Assembly (NCBI GenBank): GCA_964515005.1
Contig: CAZEVT010000003.1
Coordinates: 12,815-76,814, forward strand
DNA: 64,000 bases
Origin: an uncultured Gammaproteobacteria bacterium
Lineage (GTDB): Bacteria; Patescibacteriota; Microgenomatia; UBA10105; UBA927
Reading direction: 5' to 3'
Position numbers and translations under genes: made by a program. How positions within the stretch are numbered: position 1 is the first letter of the stretch; the number at the start of each line of letters is the position of its first letter. This document shows positions 9,804 through 20,213 of this stretch, piece after piece. The notes below the pieces were generated by a model. The model saw only the letters and a list, made by a program, of their open reading frames with translations, did no database searches and was not told the DNA's origin.

Positions 9804-10840
9804 ACATTGCTATTGACACGTCACCTCTTCATACCGAGCACGGTAGGCGTGGCGTGGGGACCTACGCTAAGAATCTAATCGCTTCATTGAAACAGTACGC
9901 AAGTGAACATTCGTATACTTTATTTACCCGAAAACAAAATATACCCATTAATGCGGATATAGTCCATTATCCGTACTTTGATCCGTTTTTTTTGACGCTC
10001 CCCATCATTAAGCCAAAACCCACGGTCGTGACCGTCCATGATCTTACGCCGCTTGTATTTCCGGGCAAATTTCCCGCCGGGCTTCGCGGGGGGGTGAAAT
10101 GGCAAATTCAAAAACAGTCACTATTGGGAGCCAAAAGAATATTGACGGATTCGGAATATTCCAAACGCGACATCGAGAGAATAATCGGTATCTCCCCATC
10201 CCGCATAGACGCTATTCACCTGGCGCCGGATCCACAATTTATTCGGGTTACAGATGTCAAACTTTTGACGGCAGTCAAGAAAAAATTTGAACTACCTGAC
10301 CGCTTTGTGTTGTATGTTGGGGACGTCAACTGGAACAAAAACGTTCAAGGGCTTCTCAAGGCGTTCGCGCAGTTGGCGCCAAAGGCGAAGCTGGTATTGG
10401 TTGGTGCGGCTTTTACAAATCCGGGGCTTGCCGAAACCAAAGACATACAAAGAGTTATACAATCGCTGAATGTAGCCCAATCAGTAATACTTACTGGCTT
10501 TGTTTCGGGTCGGGAACTTTCGGCTCTTTATTCACTTGCGACCTGTCTTGTTCTCCCTTCTTTTTACGAGGGATTCGGATTCCCGATGCTCGAGGCTATG
10601 GCGTGCGGTTGTCCGGTGGTTACGGCGACTACCTCATCGCTTCGGGAAATAGCCGGTCCTGCCATTGGGGTTCAGCCGGAACGCATAGAGTCGATCGCAG
10701 AGGGGATGTCACACATATTTACTTTGACGCCGAGTGAGCGCGAAAAACTGGTAGGCGAGGGAGATGCATGGGTGAGGAGGTTCACCTGGAAGAAGACTGC
10801 ACGGCAAACGGTCGCCTCATATGAAAGGGCCATGCAGTGA
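9800..10840 (+). CDS. GT4 family glycosyltransferase (GT-B)
   Basis: C-terminal EGFGFPMLEAMACGCPVV motif (the E-x7-E region) and an N-terminal MNIAIDTS...GVGTY start, both typical of GT4. Confidence 0.85.
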   Translation: MNIAIDTSPLHTEHGRRGVGTYAKNLIASLKQYASEHSYTLFTRKQNIPINADIVHYPYFDPFFLTLPIIKPKPTVVTVHDLTPLVFPGKFPAGLRGGVKWQIQKQSLLGAKRILTDSEYSKRDIERIIGISPSRIDAIHLAPDPQFIRVTDVKLLTAVKKKFELPDRFVLYVGDVNWNKNVQGLLKAFAQLAPKAKLVLVGAAFTNPGLAETKDIQRVIQSLNVAQSVILTGFVSGRELSALYSLATCLVLPSFYEGFGFPMLEAMACGCPVVTATTSSLREIAGPAIGVQPERIESIAEGMSHIFTLTPSEREKLVGEGDAWVRRFTWKKTARQTVASYERAMQ

Positions 10841-11523
10841 AAAAACTTTCGATTATTATTCCGGTCTATAACGAAGAGAAAACAGTCGCGGAAATTCTTA
10901 CCCGCGTTTGGCGGGCTCCGCTTGCCGGGTGGGAGAGGGAAATTATCGTCATCGACGACGGATCAACGGATACCACGAGGAAAATTTTAAAATCCTGGGA
11001 GAAAAAGGTGACCGTCCTGTATAGGTCGAAGAACGAAGGGAAGGGAAGCGCGGTAACGATGGGACTACGCAAATCTTCGGGCGATATTATCCTCATGCAG
11101 GATGCGGATCTGGAATATAGCCCGGATGATTACCCGGTACTCCTGACGCCATTTGAAAATGATCACGTCAACATTGTCTACGGCTCACGATTTCTAGGCC
11201 CCCATCTTTCGACCATGTTTATCTATGCCCAGGGGAACAAGTTTGTGACGCTCGTGACCAATCTCTTGTTTAATACAAACATTACCGATATGGAAACAGG
11301 ATATAAAGTGTTCCGGAAAAAAGTTCTTGAAGGTATAACTATTCGCGCCAAACGATTTGATGTTGAACCCGAGCTCACCGCCAAGGTGCTGAAGAAAGGG
11401 TATCAGATTTATGAAGTCCCCATATCCTATTTTGGTCGCAAGTTTTCAGAGGGAAAGAAGCTTACATGGAGAGACGGCGTCGTAGCGCTCTGGACGCTTA
11501 TCAAATTACGATTCGTAGACTAA
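10837..11523 (+). CDS. GT2 polyprenyl-phosphate glycosyltransferase (DPM1/GtrB-like)
   Basis: IIIPVYNEE...IIVIDDGSTDTT...MQDADLEY over 228 aa, the size and motifs of dolichyl/undecaprenyl-phosphate sugar synthases. Confidence 0.8.
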   Translation: MKKLSIIIPVYNEEKTVAEILTRVWRAPLAGWEREIIVIDDGSTDTTRKILKSWEKKVTVLYRSKNEGKGSAVTMGLRKSSGDIILMQDADLEYSPDDYPVLLTPFENDHVNIVYGSRFLGPHLSTMFIYAQGNKFVTLVTNLLFNTNITDMETGYKVFRKKVLEGITIRAKRFDVEPELTAKVLKKGYQIYEVPISYFGRKFSEGKKLTWRDGVVALWTLIKLRFVD

Positions 11524-11532
11524 CCAAGTTTT

Positions 11533-12792
11533 ATGCATCTTAGAGGATTAATTCAGAAAGTCATGTCGCATACTCTCGCCAAGAGTAGTGCAATTGTGTT
11601 TGCCGGAACCATGACGGCAAATGTTTTTGCGTACGTTTATCACCTGCTAATGGGAAGGCTTCTGGGTCCGGCTGGATACGGCGAGCTGTCATCGCTTATT
11701 TCTCTTTTGTACGTATTTTCCGTACCACTGACCGTTGCCAATACGGTAATTGTGAAATACGTTTCCGGTTTTAAGGCGCGAGGGGAAATGGGTCAGGCAA
11801 AATTCCTTTTTTTGAAGTTGACAAAGGTGTTCGCCGTAATTAGCATCATGGGATTTCCCATCGCATACATTGCGGCTCCGACTATCGCATCTTTTCTTCA
11901 TTTGAATTCCCCAGTATTATTTGTTTGGGTCTATCTTCTTTTGGTTTTATCACTTTTGACCGTGGCTGCACTCGGCACACTTACGGGATACCAGAAGTTT
12001 ATCTGGGTCAGCGTGCTTGGGGCTGCAGGACTTCTTCTTAAAGTGGTTTTGAGTATTCCTGCAGTTTCCTGGGGTGTATCCGGGGTTTTGGGCGCTGCGG
12101 TGCTCGCAAGTTTTGTGGGATACGTATGGTTTTTTATTCCGCTTCGGTTTATTCTTCGGGCGAAAGCAAAACCAACCGGGTTAACCGGGAGAGACGCATT
12201 TCGGTATGCGGTGCCGACTTTTCTGACGCTCTTGGGAATAACTTCGCTCTATTCAACAGATATCATTCTCGTGCGTCATTTCTTTGATATGGAAGCTGCG
12301 GGTTTGTACGCGGCACTTGCGGTTCTTGGAAAAATTATCTTTTATGCGTCATCGGCGGTAGGCGTCGTGCTGTTTCCGGTCGTCTCGGAACGCGTGGCGC
12401 GAGGTACTGCAACTCACAAGCTCATTGTGATTGCCGCAGGCAGCGTGGCTTTGCTCTCTCTGGTTCTTACGGCAATATATTTCGTTTTTCCCCATGTCAT
12501 CATAAGCCTACTCTTCGGTAATGCGTACGCGGGAGGTGCGCAGTACTTGGGGCTGTTCGGGGTGTTTCTGGCGCTTTTTTCAATCGGCAACATTATCGCG
12601 CTGTCGTGCCTGGCGCTAGGGAAAACCGGTATAGGAGTCGTCACTATGATTCCCGCGCTGCTCCAGATCGTGGGTATCGGTCTATTTCACGAGAGTATCT
12701 CCTCTGTTATACTTCTCAACATTGCGGTTTCTGCCTTATTTGTTCTTTTATCAGGCGGATATTATTTGAAGACAGCCTATGAAAAAGTTTAG
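11533..12792 (+). CDS. MOP-superfamily polysaccharide flippase (Wzx-like)
   Basis: 419 aa with about 12 TM helices. The N-terminal RLLGPAGYGELS matches the Polysacc_synt R-x-LG-x-E-x-YG signature. Confidence 0.55.
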   Translation: MHLRGLIQKVMSHTLAKSSAIVFAGTMTANVFAYVYHLLMGRLLGPAGYGELSSLISLLYVFSVPLTVANTVIVKYVSGFKARGEMGQAKFLFLKLTKVFAVISIMGFPIAYIAAPTIASFLHLNSPVLFVWVYLLLVLSLLTVAALGTLTGYQKFIWVSVLGAAGLLLKVVLSIPAVSWGVSGVLGAAVLASFVGYVWFFIPLRFILRAKAKPTGLTGRDAFRYAVPTFLTLLGITSLYSTDIILVRHFFDMEAAGLYAALAVLGKIIFYASSAVGVVLFPVVSERVARGTATHKLIVIAAGSVALLSLVLTAIYFVFPHVIISLLFGNAYAGGAQYLGLFGVFLALFSIGNIIALSCLALGKTGIGVVTMIPALLQIVGIGLFHESISSVILLNIAVSALFVLLSGGYYLKTAYEKV

Positions 12793-13570
12793 TCTTATCA
12801 TCCCGGTATACCGGCAGGAAAAAACCATTAAGAGAGATATAGAAGAAGTGTTGGCGACTCTCAAGGGTACCGGGCGCGACTTTGAAATTATTCCCGTTAT
12901 CGACGGGTGGCTGGATAATAGTCTCAAAGAGGCCAGGAAAGTCAAAGATTCACGCGTGCGCGTCGTAGGATACGCAACCAACCATGGAAAGGGGTACGCA
13001 GTACGATATGGATTTTCCGAGGCTCGAGGGGACGTTATCGGATTTAAAGATGGAGGGATGGACCTTAAAGTCAAAGCACTTCCTTTGATGCTTGCGCAAT
13101 TCGAATTTCAGCAGGCAGACATCGTTATCGGCAGTAAACGTCATCCGGATTCGAAAGTTGAATATCCGTTTATTCGGAGAATTATTTCGTGGGGTTACCA
13201 GAAGTTTGCTAAATTACTTTTCGGATTGGATGTGACCGATACGCAGGTAGGGATGAAAATCTACAAGCGGCGTGTCCTTGAAGACGTTCTTCCCAGACTC
13301 TTGGTAAAGCAATTTGCCTTTGATATTGAAATATTGGCCGTTGCCTACCATCTGGGGTACAAAAAGATTTTTGAGGCGCCGGTCGAGATAGACCTTTTTA
13401 CCTCAAAATCGAGTATTGTGTGGGAGAAAATGCTTAAGATTATCTTCAACGTGCTCAATGACACATTTGCGGTATTTTACCGCCTACGGATACGCCGCTA
13501 CTACGATGACGCGAGTAAACGGAAGTGGCGTTTTGATCCGGAACTGAATTTCCGCATAAACATCGGCTAA
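12779..13570 (+). CDS. GT2 family glycosyltransferase
   Basis: LIIPVYRQE...IIPVIDGWLDNS...GFKDGGMD is a GT-A-like fold, 263 aa. Confidence 0.7.
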   Translation: MKKFSLIIPVYRQEKTIKRDIEEVLATLKGTGRDFEIIPVIDGWLDNSLKEARKVKDSRVRVVGYATNHGKGYAVRYGFSEARGDVIGFKDGGMDLKVKALPLMLAQFEFQQADIVIGSKRHPDSKVEYPFIRRIISWGYQKFAKLLFGLDVTDTQVGMKIYKRRVLEDVLPRLLVKQFAFDIEILAVAYHLGYKKIFEAPVEIDLFTSKSSIVWEKMLKIIFNVLNDTFAVFYRLRIRRYYDDASKRKWRFDPELNFRINIG

Positions 13571-13573
13571 CCT

Positions 13574-14686
13574 ATGAACATCCTCATTCTCAACTGGAGG
13601 GATGTACGCCATCCAAAATCTGGGGGCGCGGAGCTTGTTACCATGGAGCACGCGAAAGGGTGGGTTGCTGCCGGTCATAGGGTCACGTGGCTTACCGCAA
13701 GCTACCCGGGAGCCGCAAAAGAGAGCATAGTCGAAGGCGTTCATTTTGTCAGACGTTGGGGGTCACTCTCCGTATATCTTTACGCGCCGATCTATCTTTT
13801 GGCCAATGCAAGACTTGTGGATGTCATTGTGGACGAAGTGCACGGTTTTCCATTTTTTTCTCCTTTGTTTACATGGAAGCCTGTGGTCGTGTTTATTCAT
13901 GAAATAGCGGGTGAAATATGGGATTATATGTTCCCATTTCCAAAAAATATCATCGGGAAATTTTTGGAGCGTTGGTATTTCCGGCTGTACAGACATTGTT
14001 TGTTTTGGACGGACGCGGACTCTACCGTCTCGGAGCTAGTCGAACGAGGGATTCCGCGCACGCAGTGTGTGGCAATACCATGCCCTGTTATCAGGGTACA
14101 GGGGACAGGGTACAGGGGACAGGAAAAAGAAAAGAGTCCGACGTATATTTTTGTTTCGCGAGTCGTCCGGATGAAAGGCGTAGAGGAAATCATTAAAGCG
14201 TTTTCTTTTATCGCGCGCGCGCAAGATGACGCGAGGCTGTGGATCGTTGGCCTTGGCGAACCTGCCTATATTGAGGAGTTGAATCGTATGATGCACGAAT
14301 ATAAGATACAACATCATGTTAAATTTTTTGGAAATGTTTCTGAAAAACGCAAATTTAATCTTATGGCGCGAGCACAACTTCTTTTGCATGCATCTGTGAA
14401 GGAAGGTTGGGGACTTGTTGTGCTGGAAGCGGCATCCATGGGGACTCCCGCAATCGTTTACAATGTGTCAGGCCTCAAAGACGTGGTGAAAAATGGCAGG
14501 ACTGGAATTGTCATTAAAAATAACTCTCCGCACGATATGGCAGAGGAAGCAGTCAAACTTATCGGTGACATGAAACGGTACCGCCAGTATCAAGAAAACG
14601 GAATGATATGGGTGAATAGCCTTAGATGGAAGGATGCCGTCGGCGAAAGCTTGCGGGTCCTTAAAAGAGTCCGTACTGTCCAATAA
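13574..14686 (+). CDS. GT4 family glycosyltransferase
   Basis: EGWGLVVLEAASMGTPAIV motif, an N-terminal ILILNW...SGGAE start, and a short internal tandem repeat. Confidence 0.85.
   Translation: MNILILNWRDVRHPKSGGAELVTMEHAKGWVAAGHRVTWLTASYPGAAKESIVEGVHFVRRWGSLSVYLYAPIYLLANARLVDVIVDEVHGFPFFSPLFTWKPVVVFIHEIAGEIWDYMFPFPKNIIGKFLERWYFRLYRHCLFWTDADSTVSELVERGIPRTQCVAIPCPVIRVQGTGYRGQEKEKSPTYIFVSRVVRMKGVEEIIKAFSFIARAQDDARLWIVGLGEPAYIEELNRMMHEYKIQHHVKFFGNVSEKRKFNLMARAQLLLHASVKEGWGLVVLEAASMGTPAIVYNVSGLKDVVKNGRTGIVIKNNSPHDMAEEAVKLIGDMKRYRQYQENGMIWVNSLRWKDAVGESLRVLKRVRTVQ
14093..14123 (+). repeat. 14-bp direct tandem repeat (AGGGTACAGGGGAC x2.2) inside GT4 gene
   Basis: The repeat spans 14093-14123 and encodes QGTGYRGQ in the inter-domain linker. 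Confidence 0.7.
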
Positions 14687-14707
14687 GGAAGATTTGTTTT
14701 ATAATCA

Positions 14708-15832
14708 GTGCCTACTATGAAGGTGCCTTTTGTTGATCTAAAAATTCAATACGCGCATCTAAAAACAGATATCGATCGCGCCGTTCGTGAAGTGTTCGTT
14801 GAGTCACAATTTATCAATGGGAAAGGCGTGTCGCTGTTTGAAAAAGAATTTGCCAAATATGTCGGTGTAAAGCATTGTATCGCATTAAACTCCGGCACCG
14901 ATGCACTCATTCTCGGTTTTCGTGCGCTTGGCCTTTCGTCGGGCGATGAAGTTATCGTGCCGGTCCATACGTACATTGCGACGGCTCTCGGCGCTTCCGA
15001 AAACGGCTTGCGCCCGGTTTTTGTGGACATGGACCCCATAGATTCCGGTATGGATCTGACAGACCTTAAGAAAAAAATTTCCCCGAAGACCCGCGCAATT
15101 ATTGCGGTTCATCTTTTTGGACAGCCGGAAAAGATGGATGAGTTGAAAAAAATCATCAAAAAAACCGGCAGGAAGATATATCTAGTTGAGGACGCGTGTC
15201 AAGCACATGGAGCACTATATAAAGGCAAGCACGCGGGTTCCTTCGGCGAATTTGCCGCCTTTTCTTTTTATCCGGGTAAAAATCTTGGAGCATATGGTGA
15301 CGCGGGAGCAGTTGTTACCAACAATGCAAATCTTGCCCGTAAGGTACGCCTCCTTCGTGAATATGGGCAGCGCAAAAAATACGTCCATGATACGGTTGGC
15401 GTGAATTCCCGTCTGGATACGCTTCAGGCGGCGTTTCTTCGGACAAAGTTGCCGTATCTTACCGCATGGAATAAAACCCGCCAGGCATGGGCCCAGTATT
15501 ATTCTGAGCGGCTTCGCGGGATTGTCGAGAAGACTCCTCCGTATTTTGCCGATAGGACAAGCGTATTTCATCTTTATGTGGTGCAAGTGCCCAGGCGCAA
15601 TGCGCTCATGCGGACGCTTCTCGCTCAAGGGATATTAACGCTTATTCATTATCCGACGCCGCTTCACTTGCAAAAGGCATACAAACATCTCGGATACAAA
15701 AAAGGCGATTTCCCGGAGGCAGAGAAAGCTTCCCGCCGGATTATTTCTCTTCCCATGTATCCGGATCTTACAAAAAAACAGGTTGATCTCGTCATTGCCG
15801 CGATAAAAAAATTCTATGGACGTTCAGTATGA
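14708..15832 (+). CDS. DegT/DnrJ/EryC1/StrS-family PLP-dependent sugar aminotransferase
   Basis: N-terminal VPFVDLKIQY...NGKGVSLFEKEFAKYVG...ALNSGTDAL is highly characteristic of this family. Start is GTG at 14708, or ATG at 14717. Confidence 0.9.
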   Translation: MPTMKVPFVDLKIQYAHLKTDIDRAVREVFVESQFINGKGVSLFEKEFAKYVGVKHCIALNSGTDALILGFRALGLSSGDEVIVPVHTYIATALGASENGLRPVFVDMDPIDSGMDLTDLKKKISPKTRAIIAVHLFGQPEKMDELKKIIKKTGRKIYLVEDACQAHGALYKGKHAGSFGEFAAFSFYPGKNLGAYGDAGAVVTNNANLARKVRLLREYGQRKKYVHDTVGVNSRLDTLQAAFLRTKLPYLTAWNKTRQAWAQYYSERLRGIVEKTPPYFADRTSVFHLYVVQVPRRNALMRTLLAQGILTLIHYPTPLHLQKAYKHLGYKKGDFPEAEKASRRIISLPMYPDLTKKQVDLVIAAIKKFYGRSV

Positions 15833-16662
15833 AAAGTCCGAAAGTTTCCATAGTCATTACGACAAAAAATGAATCCGGGCACATTGAGCTGTGTCTGCAA
15901 AGCATTAAGGATCAAACATACCGCAATATAGAAATTATCGTAGTCGATAATGGATCGCGCGACCAAACGAAAGAGATAGCCAAACGTTATACTAAACGTG
16001 TATTTGATGCAGGCCCGGAGCGTTCAGCACAGCGTAATTTCGGTGCGAAAAAGGCGAGAGGGAGGTTCCTGTTGTTTCTCGATGCGGATATGATTCTGAC
16101 GCCGGATGTTGTGGCCCGATGCGCGAAGATAACTCAAAAAAACGATTACATCGCGGTGGTCGTACCCGAAAAGTCATTCGGAAGCGGGTTTTGGGCAAAG
16201 TGTAAAGCGCTAGAGCGATCCTACTATGAACACGTTGATTGGATAGAGTCGGCCAGGTTTTTCCAGAAAAAAGCATTTGATAGTATAGGCGGGTACGACG
16301 AAGCGCTTACGGGTCCCGAAGATTTTGAACTCCCCCAGCGAATAAAAGCACGTTTTGGGAATCATGCTGTAGGAAGAATTACTGCGTATATACTGCACGA
16401 TGAGGGAAAACTCTCTCTTGCGAAATTGCTTCGGAAAAAATACTATTACGGAATGCGGATGCGTCGGTACAGCCAAACACAAGGAAGCCGGGAATATTTC
16501 CAAAAGCAGTCAAACATTTTCTTGCGATACGAATTGTATTTTAAGCGCCCAGGTATGTTCATTCGCGACCCGCTCCACGCATTCGGTATGTTAATCATGA
16601 AGTTATTGGAGATGGTTGCCATGGCATTGGGAACTATTCAGAGAAGGGAGCACTATGCGTAA
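15829..16662 (+). CDS. GT2 family glycosyltransferase
   Basis: VSIVITTKNE...IIVVDNGSRDQT...FLDADM. Confidence 0.85.
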   Translation: MKSPKVSIVITTKNESGHIELCLQSIKDQTYRNIEIIVVDNGSRDQTKEIAKRYTKRVFDAGPERSAQRNFGAKKARGRFLLFLDADMILTPDVVARCAKITQKNDYIAVVVPEKSFGSGFWAKCKALERSYYEHVDWIESARFFQKKAFDSIGGYDEALTGPEDFELPQRIKARFGNHAVGRITAYILHDEGKLSLAKLLRKKYYYGMRMRRYSQTQGSREYFQKQSNIFLRYELYFKRPGMFIRDPLHAFGMLIMKLLEMVAMALGTIQRREHYA

Positions 16663-17590
16663 GACCGATAGAATATTCGTTGCAGGAGGGCAGAGTGGAT
16701 TGGTTGGCACTGCCATCATAAGGAGTCTACACTCCAAGGGATATACAAACATCATACTAAAAACGAGGAAAGAACTGGATTTGTTAAATCAAAAAGATGT
16801 GGAGAAGTTTTTTGCTGCCCATAAGCCGGATTACGTGTTTTTGGCAGCGGCCAAAGTGGGCGGCATCCTGGCCAACAGCACAAAGAAAGCGGATTTTATC
16901 TACGACAACATTCAGATTCAGACAAATGTAATCTATAGCGCCTGGAAGTACAAAACAAAGAAGCTGTTGTTTTTGGGGAGTTCGTGTATATATCCCAGAC
17001 TTGCCAAGCAACCGATCAAGGAAAGCTATTTTATGACCGGCCGCTTGGAGCCGACGAACGATGCATATGCGATAGCTAAAATAGCCGGTATCAAAATGTG
17101 TCAGTCGTTCAATGATCAATTCAAAACCAATTTCATATCCGTCATGCCGACAAACCTTTATGGACCGAACGACAACTTTGATCTGAATGATTCACACGTT
17201 CTACCTGCGATGATCCGAAAATTTCACGACGCGAAAACTGCTCACGCGAAAGAAGTGGTCTTGTGGGGAGATGGGAGCGCTAGAAGGGAATTTCTCTATG
17301 TTGATGATATGGCGGACGCGTGCGTCTACCTCATGGAGCATTACAACAACTCTGAGATTATTAATATTGGCTACGGGGGCGATCAAACGATAAAGTCGCT
17401 GGCGCAAACGGTAAAGCGTATCGTTGGCTTCAAGTATCAAATTCGCTGGGATAAAACCAAGCCAAACGGGACACCCCGAAAACAGCTTGATGTGACAAAG
17501 CTGTTTCGGTTCGGTTGGCGACCGACCGTAAAACTGGAAGATGGCATCCGGATGGAGTATGAGTGGTTTTTGCAAAATAGAGCACAATGA
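16655..17590 (+). CDS. fcl: GDP-L-fucose synthase (GDP-4-keto-6-deoxy-D-mannose 3,5-epimerase/4-reductase)
   Basis: IFVAGGQSGLVGTAI, IYDNIQIQTNVI and EPTNDAYAIAKIAG blocks as in Fcl/WcaG. The likely true start is ATG 16655 (MRKTDRIF), not the upstream ATG in the ORF track. Confidence 0.85.
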   Translation: MRKTDRIFVAGGQSGLVGTAIIRSLHSKGYTNIILKTRKELDLLNQKDVEKFFAAHKPDYVFLAAAKVGGILANSTKKADFIYDNIQIQTNVIYSAWKYKTKKLLFLGSSCIYPRLAKQPIKESYFMTGRLEPTNDAYAIAKIAGIKMCQSFNDQFKTNFISVMPTNLYGPNDNFDLNDSHVLPAMIRKFHDAKTAHAKEVVLWGDGSARREFLYVDDMADACVYLMEHYNNSEIINIGYGGDQTIKSLAQTVKRIVGFKYQIRWDKTKPNGTPRKQLDVTKLFRFGWRPTVKLEDGIRMEYEWFLQNRAQ

Positions 17591-18306
17591 ATCTCCTCAA
17601 ACGCTACGGACCCCTTCTTCTTATTTCCTTTATTGCGAGTGAGGGGTATGCGCTTCTCTGGCGCCGCCCGATACTACGATCCTTCAGTCAAAATAGGGAG
17701 GATCTCGTTCTCGACCGCCTTACCGGGCACAAAAAGCGTGGTTTTTATGTAGATGTGGGCGCGTATGATCCATACCGATTCAGTAACACCATGCGATTTT
17801 ACCTGCGCGGATGGCGGGGAATTAACATAGAGCCGGATACAGAGCGTTGGTTGCGGTTCCGAAAGACGCGGAGGCGCGATGTGAATCTGAATATTGGTAT
17901 AGCCGGGAGTCGCGGGAGACTCACATATTATCGTATCGATCCTGCGACGCTTTCCACATTCGAGGCCCGTCACGCGGCAGCATACCTAAGGCAGGGATTT
18001 ACCATTTTGGAGAAAATCAAGGTTGCCGTATTGCCTCTTCGAGATGTTTTTTTTGAGCATGCGAACGATGTACCTATAGACTTTATGAGCATAGATGTCG
18101 AGGGCATGGAGCAGAATGTATTGGCAAGTAACGACTGGAAACGCTTCCGACCCCATTTTCTCTGTATAGAATCTGCGGATTATTCAAAAAAAGGTGAATC
18201 CAAAGATGATAACAAAGACATCGTCGCTTTTCTCAAAAAAGTTGGGTATGCAAAGATCTTTGATAACGGATTAAATTCAATGTATACCGACACACACCAT
18301 GGATAA
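17587..18306 (+). CDS. FkbM-family methyltransferase
   Basis: GFYVDVGAYDP...SNT and NIEPD motifs, 239 aa. Confidence 0.6.
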   Translation: MNLLKRYGPLLLISFIASEGYALLWRRPILRSFSQNREDLVLDRLTGHKKRGFYVDVGAYDPYRFSNTMRFYLRGWRGINIEPDTERWLRFRKTRRRDVNLNIGIAGSRGRLTYYRIDPATLSTFEARHAAAYLRQGFTILEKIKVAVLPLRDVFFEHANDVPIDFMSIDVEGMEQNVLASNDWKRFRPHFLCIESADYSKKGESKDDNKDIVAFLKKVGYAKIFDNGLNSMYTDTHHG

Positions 18307-19177
18307 AGCATTTATTCAATTACTCGCATGCCCGAAGTGCAAAGGAAAAATTATATCGGTTGGGAAGGCACGGCTTCGTTGCAGCAATTGCAATATATAT
18401 TACTCGGTGAAGCACGGTATACCCGTGATGGTTGATTTGAAGCATCTGCCGGAACACTTGCGAGGACAGGTTTCTTATTTTAATGCTGAAGCTAAATCTT
18501 ACGGGATATCGTATACGATGGAAGACTGGCAAAAAAAATATATTGAGAGAATTTTCCGCCAGGTTGACCGAATCAAAGGAAAGATTTTAGTAGATGATGC
18601 TTGCGGGTCCGGCTATGTGACTATTGAGGCCGCCAAACGCGGCGTCCAGGTGATTGCATGTGACCTCAATTTAGTAGCGCTTACAAGACTCCGGCGATTG
18701 GCGCAAGATTTGGAGCTCACCGATAGGGTTTTTTTGGTTTGTTGCTCATCAGAAGCGCTTCCCATACGAAGCGCCAGCGCGGACCTGATCGTCGCGAATG
18801 CAATTTTGGAACACCTTCCGAACGAAAAAGAAGCGATTGCTGATATAACGCGGATTTCCAAAAAGGGCGCGGTTGCCATGATTACGGTGCCTATCGCATA
18901 TTACCTTCTGAATCCCTTGTTTCTAGTGGTAAATTATCTCCATGATAAACGAATAGGCCATTTACGACGGTATACAAAAGAATCGATTCTTGGGCGCTTC
19001 CGGGGGTGGAAGTTTGTGACCCTGTACTATACTGGGCACACGGTTAAAGTCCTGAAAACGCTTGTCAATCAGATCGCGCCCATATTTGATCCGCGGAACA
19101 TAGAGCAGGAAGACGAGAGACGTGCCTCTCAAAAATTGTTTGCGACTAACGTAAGCGTTCTATTACGAAAGCAATAA
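18299..19177 (+). CDS. Class I SAM-dependent methyltransferase with N-terminal Trm112-like zinc ribbon
   Basis: CPKC...CSNC ribbon, then the DDACGSGYVT SAM motif I and an acidic-loop motif. Confidence 0.7.
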   Translation: MDKAFIQLLACPKCKGKIISVGKARLRCSNCNIYYSVKHGIPVMVDLKHLPEHLRGQVSYFNAEAKSYGISYTMEDWQKKYIERIFRQVDRIKGKILVDDACGSGYVTIEAAKRGVQVIACDLNLVALTRLRRLAQDLELTDRVFLVCCSSEALPIRSASADLIVANAILEHLPNEKEAIADITRISKKGAVAMITVPIAYYLLNPLFLVVNYLHDKRIGHLRRYTKESILGRFRGWKFVTLYYTGHTVKVLKTLVNQIAPIFDPRNIEQEDERRASQKLFATNVSVLLRKQ

Positions 19178-19178
19178 C

Positions 19179-20213
19179 ATGGTAGACAAATTAGTTTCGA
19201 TTATTATCGTCAATTGGAACGGCATTAAATGGCTACCGGGGTGTTTTGGGTCGCTTGCGGCGCAGGACTACAAAAACCATGAAATTATTTTTGTCGATAA
19301 TGCCTCGAAGGATGAATCTGTATCGTGGGTTAGAAAACATTATCCAAAAACAAAAATTGTTATAAATAAAGAAAATCTCGGTTTTGCCGATGCCAATAAC
19401 GTAGGCTTCAGGAAAGCAAAAGGGAAATATATATTGTTTCTAAATAATGACACGAGGGTTACTAAAACATTCTTAAACGAGTTGGTGAAAGTTATCGAAA
19501 GCCACAAAAAAATTGCAGGAGTGCAAAGCAAAATTCTCCTCATGGACCATCCAGATACCCACGATAGCGTGGGCGCGTTTCTAACGCCGACGGGATTTCT
19601 TTACCACTATGGCTTTGGGAAAAAGGACCAAAAAAAATATGACAAGCAAATTGATCTTTATACCGCTAAAGGCGCCTGTATGATGTTTAAAAAAGTAGTT
19701 CTGGATCGAGTGACGGTGAATAGTGATATTTTCGACCCGGACTATTTTGCCTACTTTGAAGAATCTGACATGTGTCACAGGGTGTGGCTGGCGGGTTACA
19801 GGATCGTCTATGCCTACGATTCGGTAATTTACCATAAGATGGGCGCCACAAGCGCAGGCATGAATAATGCATTCATCCAGTATCATTCTTTTAAAAACAG
19901 GATCCGCTCATATCTCAAAAACTTCGGTACGCTATGGCTCTGGACCATTTTACCTGTTCATTTGGTGCTTTGCGAGATCTATGCGATCGCTTCGTATCTA
20001 CGGGGCAACTGGGCACTCGGATGGGCAATAGAGCGTGCCTACTGGTGGAATATAAAGCATTTTTCGGAAACGGTATCGATTAGGCGGAAAATCCAACGTG
20101 ATATTCGGATTGTTCCCGATTCGGCTATAGAAAACTTACTATTAGTTAGACCAAGACTTACCTATTATAAAAATCTAATTTCAGGGGACTTAGTTTCCTA
20201 TGAAGATAAGTAA
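19179..20213 (+). CDS. GT2 family glycosyltransferase (rhamnosyltransferase-like)
   Basis: VSIIIVNWNG...IIFVDNASKDES...LNNDT. Confidence 0.85.
   Translation: MVDKLVSIIIVNWNGIKWLPGCFGSLAAQDYKNHEIIFVDNASKDESVSWVRKHYPKTKIVINKENLGFADANNVGFRKAKGKYILFLNNDTRVTKTFLNELVKVIESHKKIAGVQSKILLMDHPDTHDSVGAFLTPTGFLYHYGFGKKDQKKYDKQIDLYTAKGACMMFKKVVLDRVTVNSDIFDPDYFAYFEESDMCHRVWLAGYRIVYAYDSVIYHKMGATSAGMNNAFIQYHSFKNRIRSYLKNFGTLWLWTILPVHLVLCEIYAIASYLRGNWALGWAIERAYWWNIKHFSETVSIRRKIQRDIRIVPDSAIENLLLVRPRLTYYKNLISGDLVSYEDK

Noticed and set aside
16616-16654. Upstream start of fcl at 16616
   Set aside because: The homology-consistent N-terminus (MRKTDRIFVAGG) begins at ATG 16655. The extension would add 13 non-conserved residues overlapping the GT2 gene.
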